Positions 62,206 through 64,000 of a stretch of 64,000 nucleotides of DNA are shown one piece after another (position 1 is the stretch's first letter; each line of letters begins with the position of its first letter). Location: NCBI GenBank assembly GCA_973895155.1, contig OZ316893.1, positions 20,402,857-20,466,856 on the forward strand. Direction: 5' to 3'. The notes beneath the pieces are model-generated. The model saw only the letters and a list, made by a program, of their open reading frames with translations. It had not been told where the DNA came from and did not search any database. Source of the DNA: Marsupella aquatica (Eukaryota; Plantae; Marchantiophyta). A program made the position numbers and the translations under genes.

Positions 62206-63240
62206 TCATAAAACATACTCATCATTGAGTAAATCAGCTTCTCCATCAGCCCTAGCCACATTTGCCGATGAAGTTTCCGCTGCCTTTCCCTTACAGTCTC
62301 GCTTGAAGTGTCCAACTTGGTTGCACTTCCAACATGTCACCTGCCTCCTCTGAGGGGATTTACCCTTGGACTTAGATCTGGATTTAGATCTAAACTGGGT
62401 TCTACGGTCCCCAGTTGGTCGCTGCATACTCCTCCCACGGTTAACATTGAGGGCAGCACCAGATGATGAAGGCTGTGACGTGATGTGCATCTTCTGCTGA
62501 AGATCATCACTAAGCAGAGAACTTACCACGTCATTGTATGAAATGGTATCCCTATCACGATGCAACAACACTCGTGATAGGGACTGGTAAGATGGAGGCA
62601 ATGAACTAAGAAGCTGCAGAGCCTTCGTCTCATCATTCAAAGTCTCCCCAAGGTTTTCCAAGTCAACGACCATGTCGTTGAAAGCATCCACATGGTCTTG
62701 CAACTTCGTACCAGATTCCTTCATCCTGAAACTCATCAGTTTGTAGGAAGTGTAGAGCCGGTTCGACAACTCCTTGCGGTGATACTTGCTCTGCAATTCC
62801 GCAAATAAGGACATGCAATCCTTATGTGCACCCAACTGCTTGATGATGGGAGGCATGAGATAGAGTGTAACACACCACACTCCCTGCTCCTGCATGCGGT
62901 CCCATTGTTTCTCATCAACATCGTCTTCACGAGGGCTCAGCAGTTGGCCCATCCCTGACGCATAAAGCACTCCCTTCACCTGCTTCTCCCATAGCAAGTA
63001 GTCAGAGCGCCCATCATACTTTGTCACTTCATACTTGGGTCCCCCAAGCTTGAAAGTCCCCATCTTCTTCTTTACCGTGAGCTCCGGTAGTAGTACTGCT
63101 TCCTCCACCACACGCCGCACCGGTGATGGTATCGGTGTCACGTGCTCTTCCTCCTGCTCCTCTCTCTGCCCCTGAAACCTCCGCGGTGACCCTCGTGCTT
63201 CAAGTTCCACGTCTTCGAAAAACTCCTCCGAATCACTCAT
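62206..63240 (-). CDS. gag: Copia-2 gag (344 aa)
   Basis: KYDG..DYLLW, LLSSLPPSY (UBN2-type), CWKCNQVGHFKRDC knuckle, ends EYVL-TGA. Confidence 0.93.
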   Translation of the reverse strand: MSDSEEFFEDVELEARGSPRRFQGQREEQEEEHVTPIPSPVRRVVEEAVLLPELTVKKKMGTFKLGGPKYEVTKYDGRSDYLLWEKQVKGVLYASGMGQLLSPREDDVDEKQWDRMQEQGVWCVTLYLMPPIIKQLGAHKDCMSLFAELQSKYHRKELSNRLYTSYKLMSFRMKESGTKLQDHVDAFNDMVVDLENLGETLNDETKALQLLSSLPPSYQSLSRVLLHRDRDTISYNDVVSSLLSDDLQQKMHITSQPSSSGAALNVNRGRSMQRPTGDRRTQFRSKSRSKSKGKSPQRRQVTCWKCNQVGHFKRDCKGKAAETSSANVARADGEADLLNDEYVL

Positions 63241-63932
63241 ATGAGAAAGTCACAAAAAATGTTGTTTTTCACAACTTCTCAAAAAACTCGAAACTCAACA
63301 CCGCCACGTAGCCCACAAAGCTAGGAGTCCAATACTGAAAACCGAAATCAAAATCGAAATTTGACGGAAAAGTTATTCAAATTTCGGTCGAGGTGGGTAA
63401 AACCTTGGGAAACTCCCCCGTTTTGACCACCTCAGGGAATAACCGAAATACCAAGTACAACCCGTTGTCGGAATTGCGATGTGATTGGTGCGCTGCATTG
63501 CCAACTTCAATGGCTACGACCTCGCTTGTCAACAACGAATGTTGATCAATTGCACTTGGTGTCGTCACCAAGTCCAACAAGGTAATTGATTTTGCTTAGC
63601 CTTCCTCTTTGCATCAAAGAGCCAATCCCGGACTCAAAAACAATCGTCTTGCCTCAATCTCTCCGTTGAGTCAAAACACTTGACGCTTCTCCCTCCGAGT
63701 CGATTGCCAACTTTCTTCACAAAATCCAGAACGACGAAAACTTAGATCTCTCTGCACCACGAGCTCCGTTCAACGATTTCTTCACACCGTTAGAAAGCTC
63801 TTGCCCTGATCTATCCGTTGAGCCCATAAACTCCAAGTTCCATGCGATGGAACTCTGGAAAATCCACCAACACTCAATGCTGGAAAAACCGTCATGAAAT
63901 CCCGTCACGAACACACGTCACCTCCCAAGCAT

Positions 63933-63944
63933 GCTCTGATACCA
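63933..63944 (-). promoter_or_regulatory. PBS complementary to initiator tRNA-Met
   Basis: Minus strand TGGTATCAGAGC, 2 nt from the LTR end. Confidence 0.95.
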
Positions 63945-64000
63945 ATTGTTGAGCATAGACGACGATCGCAACGGCAAGCCCATGAACCATCCAACGCACA

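Larger units (their letters stand above)
58339..64000 (-). mobile_element. Copia-2, young near-intact Ty1/copia (Tnt1/Tork-like); 5' LTR runs off the window
   Basis: LTR 58339-58741 (TGTTG...CAACA), second LTR from 63947 identical over the 54 visible bp, PBS, PPT, gag and pol in PR-INT-RT-RH order. Confidence 0.96.

Overview
Land-plant nuclear DNA (spliceosomal introns, R2R3-MYB, PHR2, plant TE families); the species cannot be named from the sequence. One apparently intact host gene is present: a 3-exon R2R3-MYB at 13526-16425. The rest is a transposon landscape that can be read in layers. (1) A 5'-truncated CRE-type non-LTR retrotransposon with a restriction-like endonuclease: an uninterrupted 394-codon minus frame at 1-1182 that the ORF track missed. 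(2) MITEs, minisatellites and a MULE remnant. (3) A decayed Copia split by an 11.46-kb non-autonomous CACTA element, which carries a ~580-bp hairpin-containing tandem array and a captured, intron-containing PHR2 fragment. (4) Two nested copies of one Ty3/gypsy family, each delimited by a 5-bp TSD. Their ~3.8-kb 5' LTR contains an ~842-codon ORF, their tRNA-Asn-like PBS sits 17 nt from the LTR end, and both keep only the last 176/278 bp of the 3' LTR. (5) A young Copia whose gag and pol are in frame but separated by a single TGA. The protein-coding-LTR gypsy family is the best candidate for an undescribed system. All alignments and counts were done by eye; no database searches were run.
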